From Eledone cirrhosa (lineage: Eukaryota): a stretch of DNA of 64,000 nucleotides. Positions within the stretch are counted from its first letter, which is position 1, and each line of letters opens with the position of its first letter. Below are positions 1-13,632 of the stretch, in pieces. The position numbers and the translations under genes were made by a program. The notes under the pieces are model-generated. The model had not been told where the DNA came from and ran no database searches. It worked only from the letters and a program-made list of their open reading frames with translations. The stretch lies in assembly GCA_964016885.1 (NCBI GenBank), contig OZ024740.1, positions 245,334,001 to 245,398,000 of the forward strand, in the 5' to 3' direction.

Positions 1-798
1 GCAATGCAAGCAACAACTATCTAATAATTAAATGATCATAGTGAATTACTGACAAGTGATTGACATTTTAAAGTTCTTTTGAGTATAATTGCAATCTAGT
101 TCAGGCAACTGGCTTAATGACAAAGCTAGTAAATCATGAATGCATTTGAGATGATTAGTGCATAATAGTGAATTGGTGAAACTTGTGCATTTCAATGGTG
201 TTACAACAATAGATGTAAGTTATATAGTAGTAATACTTTATCATTTTAACTTTTTAGAATGGACAAAAACCCATGCAAAGAAATGACTTTGACTGCAGTG
301 ATTCTCTCCAATTTACTTACAAAGCAAAACGTGGTCAAATACCTTATCATCTCTGATAAAATGCCCATTGAATCACTGAAAATCGGATGCATGGAATTCC
401 TCATAAAATGCACCTATGAATCGGAAGCCATCACATATATCAATGGATATAGGGAGTTGTTCACACTGGAAGACCATCACTTCATTTGTGACTTCATCAG
501 TTATCTCCACGATTATCTCAGGCACCCAATGCAATTGATGAGAGGTGATCCAATGTGTGAGCATGTAACTAATCTTATAGAAGTTGTTATCGACCACCTG
601 GCTTTTAGTGACATTTGACTGATTTGACTGATAATGATGTATTTTTAAAAAGTATGTGTACATTCTTGTTACTATTTTAAGGCAATGCAAGCAACAACTA
701 TTTAATAAAATTTAAATTTAAAAATGACCATTGTGCATTACTAGTATGGTGACATTTTATTAAGTCACAAAATTAGTCAGTCAGCCATAGAACAAGGA

Positions 799-1460
799 TC
801 AGGTGGCAAAAACATTGGCAAAAATTTGTGTCAATTTAAGATTTCCAACATTGTTGAAATGAATCATATCTGGTTTGAAGTCAGATTTGTCAAATTTTGA
901 CCAATTTTCAATGTTGTGAAGATTGGGCAAGTTCAATTTTTGAATCATTTCTTTCATGCAGTAATTAAACTTTTCCAAACGAGAAATTCTCTTGCCCAAG
1001 TCATTTTTATTTTCAATTACACTTTGTGGACGTGGAATGACACCACTGTAGAAAATGGGTGTACAGTGGTGCTTTTCCGCTATTTTCTGTAGCCTTGCAA
1101 AGAGACTCTTCCCCTGTTTTTCCGGTTTTGTGCCTCGAATGGGCACTTTGTCCTTAATTTACAAATAAATGATTAATAAAAAATACTTGGGCAAAAATTA
1201 TTGTATTACTTTGCACAGCTTTGTAGTGCCAACGGTGCGACGAGGATTCAGATCATTAGAGCCGACATGAACCACCAATACTTTCACAAAAGGACAACAG
1301 ATAACAATGTTGGCGATTAACATTACTTGGCCCTGACGGGCCCCAGGTATACAAAATATCTAAGTATTTTTGTTGATATGATAAGTAAATACATTTCAAT
1401 TAATATTTTTATACCTTCTGGTCATTCGATTTCGCCACATTTCTAATTATGGATTTGTAA
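799..1460 (-). pseudogene. Intron-split SGNH/GDSL hydrolase-like gene, 5' exon degenerate; probably transposon-carried
   Basis: Exons 1210-1359 and 799-1152 join in phase across a 57-nt GT-AG intron (1153-1209). The product reads IFCIPGA...VLVVHVGSNDL...IFYSGVIPR...DMIHFNNVG, matching SGNH blocks II, III and V. A 55-nt GT-AG intron (1360-1414) links to KSIIRNV (block I-like), which has no in-frame ATG. Confidence 0.6.
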
Positions 1461-3676
1461 AACTGGCATGAATGTGAATTTGATCAGTCCAATTGTCCGA
1501 TTTTAGTGAAAAGTTTTGATTCGAAATGGAAATACTCCATTTCCGTGCCATTGAAAAAATGAATAAGCCGATCAAAAAGCCGCGAAACATCATTTTTAAT
1601 TAAGCGAAATTAGTGGATGCAAATCTCAGAAAATATTGTACACTATTCGCACCTATCGCACTATTCGCACCTATCGGTACAAAAAATCGCACGACTGTTA
1701 ATAATACTAGAAGTGCAAACTATCTGTTGAATACCTGGTATATGAAGAGCAACCGATACGATCGGTCGGAGATCGGTCTTGAAGAAGAATGAAGAATGAA
1801 GTGAAATTTTGGTCTGGTTGTTGTCATCGGTGTTTCGCAGAGATGCCGGCACGAACAAAGGTGCCAGTGACACAAAGTTGTCCGCTTGAACAAAGGTGTC
1901 GGTCCGACAAAGGTGTCAGTCAGACAGACAGTCAGACAGTGTCACAGTCGGTGCGACAAAGCGATCGATGCGATTAAAAAAAATTTAACTCACATGTTTA
2001 CCTATATTTTCGCAAACTATTGATAGATTGGTACAAAAAATAGCTTTGATAATAAACATAAATTTTTAACGAAGTATTTAAAAAGCATTTTAGCAGTGAA
2101 AAGTGAAGTAATGTTTCACACTGACGCAAGTAGGGCCGTTCAGAAATGACGTAGTCAATTAGGAGGAGGGGATTCGGCGATTTGACTACATTTGACTAAC
2201 GTAATCACAATCACAAGAGTTCCGCCGAAAAAAATGCGTCATTTCTGGATTACCTCCCCTAACGTCACGCTTACTACTCACTCACTTGAACACAAGATTT
2301 ATCAGCAAACTTTGATTATAAACTTTTTCCCGCTGGACCAAATTTCTAGATTTTTAAGCCAAAAGATGCGTAATGATCTACTGTTCATGCTCATATAAGT
2401 TTTATCTCAGTTAAATAAAGTAGAGCCGCGTTGTACTGTCGTAAACAGACGATTGCCAACGAAAACACGACCACAACAATATTACTAAACGGACTACCGT
2501 CCGTTTAGGATATATCATGACGTTGGTATAACTGTATGAACAACGTGTTGCATTGCTGTATTACTGATTATTTCCCACTTAATTATTTACGACGATACGA
2601 CGAACTTATATTGACGCTGGAAATAGCAACCAAAACCGTCTAAATCAGCTCAATAAAGATGGAGCAGTCAATATTAATTTATAACTATAAAGTTAACTGT
2701 CTCTAATACGTAAACCTCTCAATGAAAGGATAAGATATATCAATAAATTATCCACTCAGTGAAGTATTAAAATATATTAAACTTAAGCCAAAATCGGCTA
2801 AAAGAAAGTCGGTTTTAACTTATATGATACCTCGACCATGGTCTCTGGAACTATTGATTGATAGTTGTGAAGAGATGATTCAGTTAGGACTCAAACTGAA
2901 TTAATTCCATAACCTAGTCACCAAAATAAATTATATAACACACTACATTTTGGATTATTTATTTTGTTCATAAGCCTTGCTGTTACGAACGCAAACGTTT
3001 GTGTGTGTGTGGGGGGGGGGGGTTATATGTGCGCGCGTGTGTGTATGAGAGAGAGAGAGAGTATGTGTGTGTGAGGAAATCATACACAATATATATGTTC
3101 AATAAACATATAGTGTTTTCCACTGTTAAAATACAGCCTGCGAACAAACCCTGGAATCTTCAGTAACTGAGATTGAAGAATCGTTTCATTAGTCTCGTCT
3201 CTCTAATGTCTCGTCATGAACTGATTATTTCAACTTTCAATTGTCGAAATTAACACACAATATATCTGCTTATGAAATAGTCAACACACTAATACTGGCA
3301 TAAAGCTATTTACATGAATCTTCAAGTTTTACAATCGAAATTTATGTTTATTTTAAAATATTGTATATGGTTTACATATGCACATTTACCTATAACAACG
3401 CTGTTTGGATATTTTTCTTATCAAATTCAGCTATTACGTAATAGATTGAAGCTTTAAAAAAAAGATACTATTTGGACAATCCCACACGTTCAGCTGCCGA
3501 AAATTTCTGTGGCGTATTTGTATACAGCTATGTTCGAAGATAAATTCTGATTCTATTTTAAGTTAAGCCAACTTATACAGCTTCATATGCAAATGAGATT
3601 AATCACCTCATTTAAATAGACGACAAAACTATATATTTTCGCCTGTTTCAAAGTCCGGTAGTGGCAAGCGGGAAAC

Positions 3677-3725
3677 ATTGCCCTGACGAGGACAGGATCA
3701 TTTAAGTTCGAAATGCATCGACGGT
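3677..3725 (+). ncRNA. Minimal type I hammerhead ribozyme candidate
   Basis: attgcc CTGACGA ggac..gttc GAAA tgca TC gacggt. Stem III is palindromic (atgcat); stem I has one mismatch. Confidence 0.55.
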
Positions 3726-3840
3726 TGCCCCCCCCCCCCCCTGCTTCCGCCGGACACCACTCGGCGGCACTGACCACCAGTCTTATATTCATAGTTATGG
3801 CTTTCAGAATATTTATCTTGAGATATACGAAATTCACACG

Positions 3841-3905
<65 letters not shown>

Positions 3906-4194
3906 ATGTATACATAGTGGTAAGAAAAACGGGAGGTTATATCAGTAATAGGTAAAGCACACAGTCCAGAGGTCGAGTTTGGTACAGAGTTGGTTCCACA
4001 ACAAATTAACAAACCATACTCGAGGACGCGCGTTTCATCGAGAAAATCCGCTCGCTGAAACACGCGTCCTCGTGTATGGTTCGATATATATATATATATA
4101 TATATTATATTATATTATATTATATTATACTTGCTGATATATATTTATCCTTATCGAGCCTCGTGAAATAAATACGTTTGTTTATATTTTGTTA

Positions 4195-4357
4195 TTGTGT
4201 ATGCAAATATATCTGTACACGAATATATAATTATATATATATATTAAAATAATAGATTAAAGTTTAAGCAAAGAATCGCTTCTTTCACCCTTAACGGGAT
4301 CTTCTGAAACTAAAAAAAATCAATCTGTGAACGCAGAAGTAAATATTTCGAAAAACG

Positions 4358-4391
<34 letters not shown>

Positions 4392-4493
4392 CGTCATAAT
4401 GTCGTAATGCAGACAGCAGACACAGAGAGAGGCGCAACGTTATATCTATGTATCTATCTAAAAAGAAAGACTAAGAGAGAGAGGGAGAGAGTG

Positions 4494-4525
<32 letters not shown>

Positions 4526-4713
4526 GGGGGGGAGCGAGAAGGAGAGATAGTGTGGGAGAACGAGAGAGGGAGAGAGAGAGAGAGGTCGCTAAATCGCGTA
4601 ATGCGGTCCCTAGGGCATTGAAAACAATTTGAAAATAATCGGTTGGCTGGTTCTCGAGTTTTAGGGAGTCAGACAGACAGACAGACATACATTCTCTGTT
4701 TTAGATATATAGA
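4195..4713 (-). mobile_element. Non-autonomous Helitron, 5' part
   Basis: Reverse-complement homologue of 5173-5710 with the same TC-start 5' end; left boundary approximate. Confidence 0.6.
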
Positions 4714-4721
4714 TAATATAA

Positions 4722-5156
4722 TCGGAAAAAATGAAACGAAATTTCATTTCCCACTCTTAGAACGGCTGTTACTTAAATATAAGTATGTACACGTACATAC
4801 ATATATGTATACAGACGTACAGTAGTATGTATATATATATACATACATGCACACATATATATATGCACGTATGGATTCACCGAACATTTATTATAATGCT
4901 CGGTGTGTTTGTAAAAAAACAAACATCCCGTATTAAGCCGTAGTGTCTAGCAACCATCGTTGCTCGTTTGTTCAACACTGACAAAGAACGTTGTACTAGT
5001 TTCAAGCTTATTAGCTATCGTCAGCAACGTATACCTTCCTGCCAGATTGTTGAACGTATATACTTACCTTATGAATATTAACGGCTGAGTAGCCCAATTT
5101 GCATATCGAGTGGGTTAATCGGCCGGGTGCACCGAAAACGATAAACGGAAAAAATG
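4722..5156 (-). mobile_element. HHR-containing ~425-bp retrozyme-like monomer (family B)
   Basis: Homologous to 15915-16920. Begins and ends with cggaaaaaatg (4723, 5146), giving one monomer plus a short terminal redundancy. Confidence 0.7.
4988..5030 (-). ncRNA. Minimal type I hammerhead ribozyme
   Basis: Minus strand: acgttg CTGACGA t-agct aata agct-t GAAA ctag TA caacgt. Perfect 6-bp stem I and palindromic stem III (actagt). Confidence 0.8.
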
Positions 5157-5172
5157 TACATAGATAATATAA

Positions 5173-5611
5173 TCTATATATCTAAAACAGAGAATGTCTG
5201 TTTGTCTCCCTAAAACTCGAGAACCACCCAACCGATTGTTTTCAAACGTTACACATGTAATATTTATGGTCCTGTGAGTGTTTTGAGCAAACAATATTTC
5301 AAATTTTCAATGTGCTAGGGACCGCATTAAGCGATTTAGCGATCTCTCTCTATAATTCTTAGTCTTTCTTTTTCGATAGATACATAGATATAACGTTGCG
5401 CCCTTATAATATCTGTCTGTATGTCTGTCTGTCTGCATTGCGACATATATGACGTTATATGTGTGTGTGTATATATGCATATATAGTGTGTGTATATATT
5501 TAGTGTGTAACGTTTTTCGAAATATTTACTTCTGCGTTCACAGATTGATTTTTTTAGTTTTAGAAGATCCCGAAAGCAGCGATTCTTTGCTTAAACTTTA
5601 ATCTGTTATTT

Positions 5612-5664
<53 letters not shown>

Positions 5665-5851
5665 TATATTCGTGTACAGATATTTTTGCATACACAGTAA
5701 CAAAATATAAAGTATTGATTTTCTAAGCACAAAATGTAGACACCATCCTGAAGCCGAGGTATTCCGTACTTCTCTGTGCTGTTTCAGAAAGGAGAGATAA
5801 ACATGCCAATCTATGTTTAGAATCCAGAGCAACGCCGGGCCATTCTGCTAG
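5173..5851 (+). mobile_element. Non-autonomous Helitron
   Basis: A|TC 5' end, subterminal GC-rich hairpin ccagagcaacgccggg, CTAG|T 3' end, no TSD. Confidence 0.75.
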
Positions 5852-5973
5852 TATGATATTATATTATATACATATATGAGTAAGTAGTGACATGATCACA
5901 TTTTAAAACACCTTTACCGAAATTTATGTATGTTTATTATATATAAACGTGTTTTATACGCATCTATATAAGC

Positions 5974-6035
<62 letters not shown>

Positions 6036-6044
6036 TCATTCTGT

Positions 6045-6190
6045 CATTACAACAACAAAGGTCCGACGACCTTTTGATTCCAGAGTTGGACCAGATTGAT
6101 ACAGATCGAACCTTGAGCTGATCAATAGCGAAACGCGCGTCACCAATCAATAAACGTAACGAAGGCTTAACAAATCGTCTTTGTATTATT
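6045..6190 (+). repeat. PLE-terminus-like repeat after (TA)n; second copy at about 22590-22770
   Basis: Both copies share gcgaaacgcgcgtc...caataaacg, an HHR 3' half plus AATAAA. Confidence 0.5.
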
Positions 6191-6992
6191 ATATTACACT
6201 CTGTCTAGCTCTACACTTTGCTACAGACGTGAATCTAAACATTGAATCCTCACCTGGGTGAACCTACAGTAACTTCACATTACACTCCCTGTGTATATAT
6301 ATATATTGGTAAACGGAATAGAAAATGCTGACAAATTATTCAGTGAAAAATAGTTTAATTAGGAATAAGTGAGAATTAGTAATTGTATGGGTTAGTATTC
6401 AGTTTTGGTTTTAAGTTTTACCGGTTGCGCATTTCTAATGCTTTTCAAAAATAATTTGGAGATAGAGCGTCCGTGATGTTTGCTCTGTGTATATATATAT
6501 ATATATTCAATGGTAATATTTTCATTTTGGTTTACTTTCTAACAGAATCCGCTACTTTTTTTAAATGTGTTTCTTCAGTCTGGTAAACTCGAATATCTTA
6601 CTGGTACTTGTTTTAACGACCGAAATTTTAGCAATGTCGATCCTAGTGTGATTTAAATAAACTTCAGCGGTCTGTGTAGTGCTGCTTTCTACAGTGTGTA
6701 CCCAACTACTTGAGTTAAGTAGAATAAGTTCATAGTGTCACATGTCCTATTAAAATGTAGGTTCTTTGGAGAAAAGAAACCTGTTGATGAATTAATTAGT
6801 GAAATCTTAGCGGAGATGTTGACAAAGTAAGGGAAAGGTGGGAGAGAAGCAGGTCAGTGAGTACAAAATAATAGAATGTTTTTGAGAAGATATCACTTTT
6901 GCTCTACTAAAACTATGTGTGTGTTTTATCTATTAAGATATCATATGACAGTCTGTTTGTCAACAAACCAACAAATGGGTAGGTATTGGTGT

Positions 6993-7127
6993 AGACATAG
7001 CTGTGTGGTGGTTAAGAAATTCGCTTCACAAGCACGTCATTCTGGATTCGATCTCACTGTATGAGTTGACCTATACTTTGTGAGAAGAACTTGGTAGACG
7101 TACTCGGGGCGGAAGCCCGTCGTATAT
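6993..7127 (+). mobile_element. Degraded tRNA-derived SINE
   Basis: A-box-like tagctgtgtggtggttaag and B-box-like ggattcgatctc, followed by a gaagcccgtcgtatat tail. Confidence 0.45.
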
Positions 7128-7486
7128 TATATCTCATGCTAATAATAGGTATTTTTTTGTTTATTGTTTGATCAAACTACTGTATATGGAATTATTCTCG
7201 CCTCTCTTTCTCTCACTATCAACAACTGCTTCTCCTCAGTCTCTATTTCTGTGTGTATGTGTGTGCGCGCGCGCGCGTTTGTGTGTGTGTGTGTCTACTA
7301 TCTGTTACTGTTATTACAACTGCAACTAATAATTCACCTATTCTATCTTCTTTGGGTGGTATCATATAATGTTAAATAGATGCAATTTCTCTCTCCTTTT
7401 TTCCTTCCACAATAACTTTCGCAAGTTATTGAGGCACTTGAGTTAGACATATTGTCTTTAATGCACACACAATAACCCCCCCCCCG

Positions 7487-7601
<115 letters not shown>

Positions 7602-7612
7602 TATTTATAAAT

Positions 7613-8015
7613 TTTGAGTATGTGTTGGTTGTTTACCGACACCTCAGTATGCAGTTTGGAGCACTCGACGAAGTACGCAGGTTGGTTTGTTTACTCCGGA
7701 GTAATGTAAAATAAAATGTGTAAATCAAACAGGTTGAAGTTGGCTTCGTTTATTCTAATACTCTGCTTTATATATTTCAGTGACAGCCATTATTGGCTGT
7801 GACCTCTGAGGACTAACAATACACCCAGGAGCTGGACATATCGATGAATTAACAGAGTGGAACGCATTACAACACCATATTTACCTGTTTTTTCTACCTT
7901 AATTCTTACTGCCTGATGAGGTCACAGCCAATAATAGCTGTCACTGAAATATATATAGCAGAGAATTAGAATAAACGAAACCAACTTTAACCTGTTTCAC
8001 TTACACATTTTATTT

Positions 8016-8017
<2 letters not shown>
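7613..8017. mobile_element. Fold-back PLE-terminus insert between (TA)n tracts; same family as 47300-48130
   Basis: About 7705-7805 is the reverse complement of about 7918-8017; tail shared with 47300-47400. Confidence 0.65.
7901..7967 (+). ncRNA. Minimal type I hammerhead ribozyme
   Basis: aattct-ta-ctgc CTGATGA ggtcacagc..gctgtcact GAAA tatata TA gcag-agaatt. Confidence 0.7.
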
Positions 8018-8066
<49 letters not shown>

Positions 8067-8699
8067 ACACACACACACACACACACACTTCTCTCTATTT
8101 CACATTTTCTGTACAGTTTATGAACAAAATAGTGTACTGTTGTTTAAATACATGGCATTATGTTATAAACACACGTGTAAGTTTACAAATATTTTTCTCG
8201 CATCCTGTTTCTTTACAACCCACAAGCTACCACGGTTTACCAATCAAGCAACTTTAATAAGTCTATCATGATGGGAAATGAACAAAAAAAATATAAAAAA
8301 AAAAGAAGAAAATATCGGTTGTTGCTTTTTCAAATTGTCTGAAAATTCTGGATAAAATCCAGGTGAATGTAACAATAGTTTATGGATCAACCTAAGCAGT
8401 CTTTCTACATTCTGACTGTTGAATAGTTGCCATTCTACACCTGAATCCGTTAATCTTACCACCACTACCACCAAGTTCTTTCTCTCACATTTTCTTTCTC
8501 TCTCTTTCTTTCTCCCCCCCCCTCTCTCTCTCTCCATCAATCACACTATTTTCACGTGTCTAGAAGTTTATATCTCAGCCAACATTCCTTGATTCGTTTC
8601 TCACAAGACAGTCTTGAAAAGGACAGAAGAGAAGCAGAGAACGGAGAATAGAGAAGTGAGAACAACACACACTGCTTACATCAATGAGTAGAAATAGAA

Positions 8700-9170
8700 G
8701 GTATCTGCAATCAAATATAAAATATATAGGATGTGGCTGATATGACAGGGCTGAGCGGAGTGAGTTCATGAAGTTTCTGAAATATATATAACGTTGCTGA
8801 GATAAAATGTCTAAAATATAACAAACCTGTAGAGAAGAGGAAGGGGTGATATCTGTAATACATACCATGGTTGAGATGAAATATTCGAAATATAACACAG
8901 CTGTGGAAGCAGGGGGAAGATATCTGAAAAGTATAACATGACTGTGGAAGAGGTCGGTGTGTTATATGAAATATATAACATGAGTATGGAAGCGGAAGGA
9001 AAATATCTCAAAAATCTCATATGGCTGCCGGAAAATGAGGGGATATTTGAAATATATACCATGGCTGCGGAGAGAAGAGGGACTACATAACATATATAAT
9101 ATGACTGTGGAGAAAGGGAGCATAGATATTAAAACGAGGAGTGGACTGAAATATATAACTTTATCGAAAT
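8700..9170. repeat. Degenerate tandem repeat, period about 55-60 bp
   Basis: Recurring gatatctgaaatataacatgactgtggaagaggg-like motif. Confidence 0.5.
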
Positions 9171-10589
9171 AACAATAACTGAGAAATAATTTCGTTATGT
9201 GATGATGTACTGAATAACACGCACCAGAAATTTTCAATTAGTTAAAATTTCACTGTTAGTTGGAGAAGGAAAACAAAAACTTAGCGGCAATTGCAAGTGG
9301 TACTTAAAGGAAAGAGGTGATAATTTCCAAAACTTTCAATAGTAAGCCGCTATTTCGATAATTTTGCCCACCATCTGCTTCCGCTGCACTCTTTCCAGAA
9401 ACCACATTTACCACCATGTCTCTAGTACGAATGCACAGAGGACTATCTTTTGTTTTCTTTTCTTTGACAATGAGCTTATGTTCGAAGCGTCAATATTTTT
9501 TCTCTCTTCACAACTACATTTATTTTTAATAACTACTATGTTTTTCTTTAATATTTACAACGAATTATTAACTCTAATTGTTCTAAGTTATCCTATTTTA
9601 TTAAATATATTCATTTCCATTAAAAAATAATAATAAACGAATAAATTTTTATGGAATTTCAAACAATTCATGTAGGACATCTTCATTTGTTATTGTTTTA
9701 AAATTACCTATATCCAGGCTCAATTATTCTCTAGTAATTAATCTAATTTCTTTTTCTAGTCTGAAAACCATTCAAGAAAATAGTGTGTTGTCCTTGCTCG
9801 CAACATTAAATATGTTATCTGTAATTCAACTGCAGATTCAGGCAAAGATGATAATAGGCCAGGACCGTGAGGAAATGTAGGCCTCATTTCAAACTGTTCT
9901 TTAAGTATTTTAGTAATCAGTGTTAAATACATAAATGATTTATGTATAGGTTACGGTTATATACATGTCACTTTCATATAACGGAACACAATAAAAGAAC
10001 AAGAATTCAAAACCGTATGCACAATGCCAACTGATCCTCCTCAGCCGCTTCCTCATAGTCTGACCTGACTCAAGGATTAATATACCTTTTTGTTTCTGCT
10101 TCACTGCATAATTTTTTCCAGTGAGCTTTTTCATACTTCCTTAATATGTTAACACTAACTTAACTGCAATACCTCTTACCTGGCTGATTTATGAGAGCAA
10201 TAAAGGAAAACCAGTCCGTTGGTTTTCTTGTATCAAATACTTTAGGTAAATTCAAGATAAATCTATATTCTTATTCTATCTAAATTATCAAAAGGCGATT
10301 TCAATATAAAACATCGAGTTTGCAGACTTCAAGAGAGATACAATTCAATATGTTTGTATAAAATATGGATGAATGAACGCATGGACCTGTAATTTCTTAC
10401 AGAGTCGTAACGGCACCGTAGTGCCATACAATATAGGGAATTTTAAACTTGAGGAGCTGATCCTCTCTCCAGGTCCGAGTACAGCCGATTTCTCTTGAAA
10501 AATGTGAGAGTGAGTGATAGAGAGGAAGGGAGAAAGAGATATAGAAGAAGAATCGATCCCAGTTATGGACTGGTAACTTTTTATTGCTC

Positions 10590-10710
10590 ACGAAAGGATG
10601 AAATGTAAAGTTTAACTCGATGAGATTTGAACCCAGAATGCAGAGAGCCGGAACTAATACCGAAAAAGTATTCTATCCGACGTTCTAACAATTCTGCAAA
10701 TTCGTCGCCT
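10590..10710 (-). mobile_element. Diverged tRNA-derived SINE
   Basis: Minus strand gggttcaaatctc B-box and tttcatcctttcg core, similar to 22826-23072. Confidence 0.5.
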
Positions 10711-12154
10711 TCCGTATAAACTAAGAAAAACATAAGATATATTCACAAGTCTTTGTTCGATTATGTCAAATTAATACTTAATTTATTATCTATTCTTCCT
10801 TTATTCTTATACTGGTTTCAGTCATTACACAGCGGCTATGCTGGAGCAAGCCTTGAAAGGTTTTAGTCGATATTACAGACCTACGTATTTATTTTCTCGT
10901 CTGATACTTATTTTATCGATCAATATTTATCAAACCAAACATAAACAAACAGTAGACGTAAACACAGGCACACACATGCACGCATGCGCGCGCGCTCACA
11001 CACATACACATGATTGATTCTTCATTGTCATCCCATCCGCATCCGTGACTTCGTAAATAACTTTGTAGACCAGCTGTAGATCTGCATGGTTTACAACACT
11101 TGAGTTGTGCTTTCCACAGGACCGGTGGGGTCACCCTATGGGATATAATCTTTATGCCCACCATGTGTTTTTTTTAGTCCGGAACTAGTTCTACACACTT
11201 TGTTGCATATCACGCATGTTGTTTCGCCAGGTCTTTTACATACATACATACATACATACATACACACATACACACATACATACATACATACATACATACA
11301 TACATACATACATACATACATACATACATACATACATACCTAAATTCAAACATACAGCTGAAGCTGCGACATCTCTAGTGTTTCCTTGACCGTAAGCAGG
11401 TGTAATCCTCAATTGTCAGACGCGTCGTCCCTCAGCTGGTCTCCTTGACGGAGCCGCAGGTTTAGGTCAAATGAAGTCTGAAATAGATCGAGGGTTTTGC
11501 AACTGGAGTGATATCAAGCGCTCACAGTCCACTGCCAGTCGGACAATGCTGTCGGTGGCCATTCTACCATGACATTCTATAGTGGATAATGGCGTGAAAA
11601 AGTGACGATATTCGGGGAGAGACTCTGGACACCGAGGATAATCAACTGACTAACCTGTTCCGGAGAACTTTCGGTCCATGGCTCTTAGATACATTCCAGA
11701 AATCCCTAACCTGACATTGCCTGTTCGGGATAATCTCTAGAGGTAAGGAAGTACCATCTGCCGGGCCTGTCTGACATGCGCGCAGCATTATTGACTTGTG
11801 GAACTATTTTGAACATCCGCAATCACATGTAGGGCGGATCCTGCTATCAGCTGAGTCCATTGTGAAGATCAACCCACCATCTTCCTTTAGGTAGGAAAGA
11901 AATGTAGTTTTTATATGCTTGGTGGCCATGGTGAAAGATTTTGTGTGGTAGACGAAATTGAAAGGTCTGAAGGCAGACGTGTGTATGAGTGTGTGTGTGT
12001 GTGTAAGATAGTTGGCTGTGATTTGAAGGGGATTTTGCTAATATTTCTAGTAGATCGAGATATCAAATAGAACCTTTCATTTTTGCTTCATACATATTTC
12101 TAAAAGGTCTAGCAAGCTACCACACACACAAAGTTCTCACTTATCCTACTTTAT

Positions 12155-13630
12155 ATAGCAGAGGTACCCAGAAATGTCTGCATATTCTTCTAAAGTAACA
12201 TTATGTAGCAAAGTTGCTTACAAACTATATGACTAAGGAATTAGGATCTGTGTGTATTGTCATTGAAGTAGGAATTATGATATTGCACATTTGAAAGCCT
12301 CTGGATAAACAACATTCTTGGTTTTGCCCTGTGGTGCTACAATGAAGAGACAATCAGGATTTCCAGCCCTTATAGTACTAACATAGAGCAAACAATGTGA
12401 AAAGACAGGATCTGCCAGGTTCAACCCAATGACTTTCAATGATTGCTCTTGAGATTTATTGATGGTTATGGCAAAACTGAGTTTCATAGGAAATTGAAGC
12501 TTTTGAAATTCAAATGGCAAATCAGTTGGCTTCAGAGATCCAGCCGACCAAACTTTTTGACATAGGCCATTGCATCTTGCGTACACTTATGCATGTAACG
12601 TGGTTCTCCCGTGAAGCTTCGTGGCTGTATGATTGGCTGGCCAATATTTCTTGGATCAACATCAGAATTGATGTCATCTCTTAGGTAAATGTAGTTCTCT
12701 GCCCTCAACTTATTTTAATTCCTTCGCAGGAAATCCAATCTTTCTGTTTCAGTTCTGGCATACATGTCCACCATGAATTGGCTGGTTACTTCTTTGAATC
12801 GCAGAACTTGGTTGAAATGATCTCGTACCACGAAGTGATAAACATAGAATTCTTTACAACTGATTGATCGGCCAGTCACGTGGTTCACGCTGTTCATCAA
12901 CCATTATGATTGCAGCTTCATCAGTGGCAGGTGCATTGAATCTGCATTCATGTTCTGAAGCTGGGTGTTTGTCTGCACTAATGATGATTTTACGATCCTT
13001 GGTGTTGTTCATATACTCCAGTGCATATTTAGATATACTGACGTACATGTGATGTTGGTGAAGCATTTCTTGTAACCTCATGACTATGTGGAACTGCAAT
13101 CCACCATGGACATTGGTATATCTTTGTTGTGCCTCTGTTTCATTTCCTGCACAAATTTGTGAGGCTCCTGTGAAAGAGGCAAAATGCCACCCATTAAGTG
13201 GTAGCCCTGCCTCTGAACTTTAAATGTCATTTGAAAGGCAGAATTATAATTTTGGATGTATTTATTGAAGAGTCGTGCTTCTGGTATATACTAGAGGAGC
13301 AGATTCTTCAGAAATTCAAGATGCTCTTGTATTATTTTAAGGTTTGACTGCCTTTGATCAGCATAGACCTGGTGGTTCTGCTGCCCATTTCTTGGCAGCA
13401 TTTGTTCATTTTTCCAATGTTGATTTTTAGATTGCTGCTGTAGTCCTTTGGGGAGTCATAAAAAAAAGCACACCTCAGCCAGTTCGTTTTACTTGTGGCT
13501 TGTTCTCCTGCTCAGGCAGCAGAACGATGTGCTTGATCAGCATTTCGCCTAATTTGCTGCTGTTCCTCAATTTGTTGTTCTCGTGTAGCAGCAGTCATTT
13601 GTCTCTTGTTATCCAAACGATACTGTCTGT
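12155..13630 (-). mobile_element. Internally deleted, degraded Helitron RepHel relic
   Basis: Rep N-terminal region (RFNAPATDEAAIIM; QFMVDMYARTETERL) and PIF1-like helicase C-terminus (LQFPMKLSFAITINKSQ; VFSHCLLYV; TKNVVYPE). A Helitron-like 3' end lies near 12155. Confidence 0.85.
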
Positions 13631-13632
13631 CC

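Noticed and set aside
6118-6142. ctgatcaatagcgaaacgcgcgtc as a complete HHR (also at about 22699)
   Set aside because: The core reads CUGAUCA and no stem II forms; only the 3' half is convincing.
11040-11830. Possible LINE 3' relic with CxxC (CVICNKVC)
   Set aside because: Too degraded to assign.
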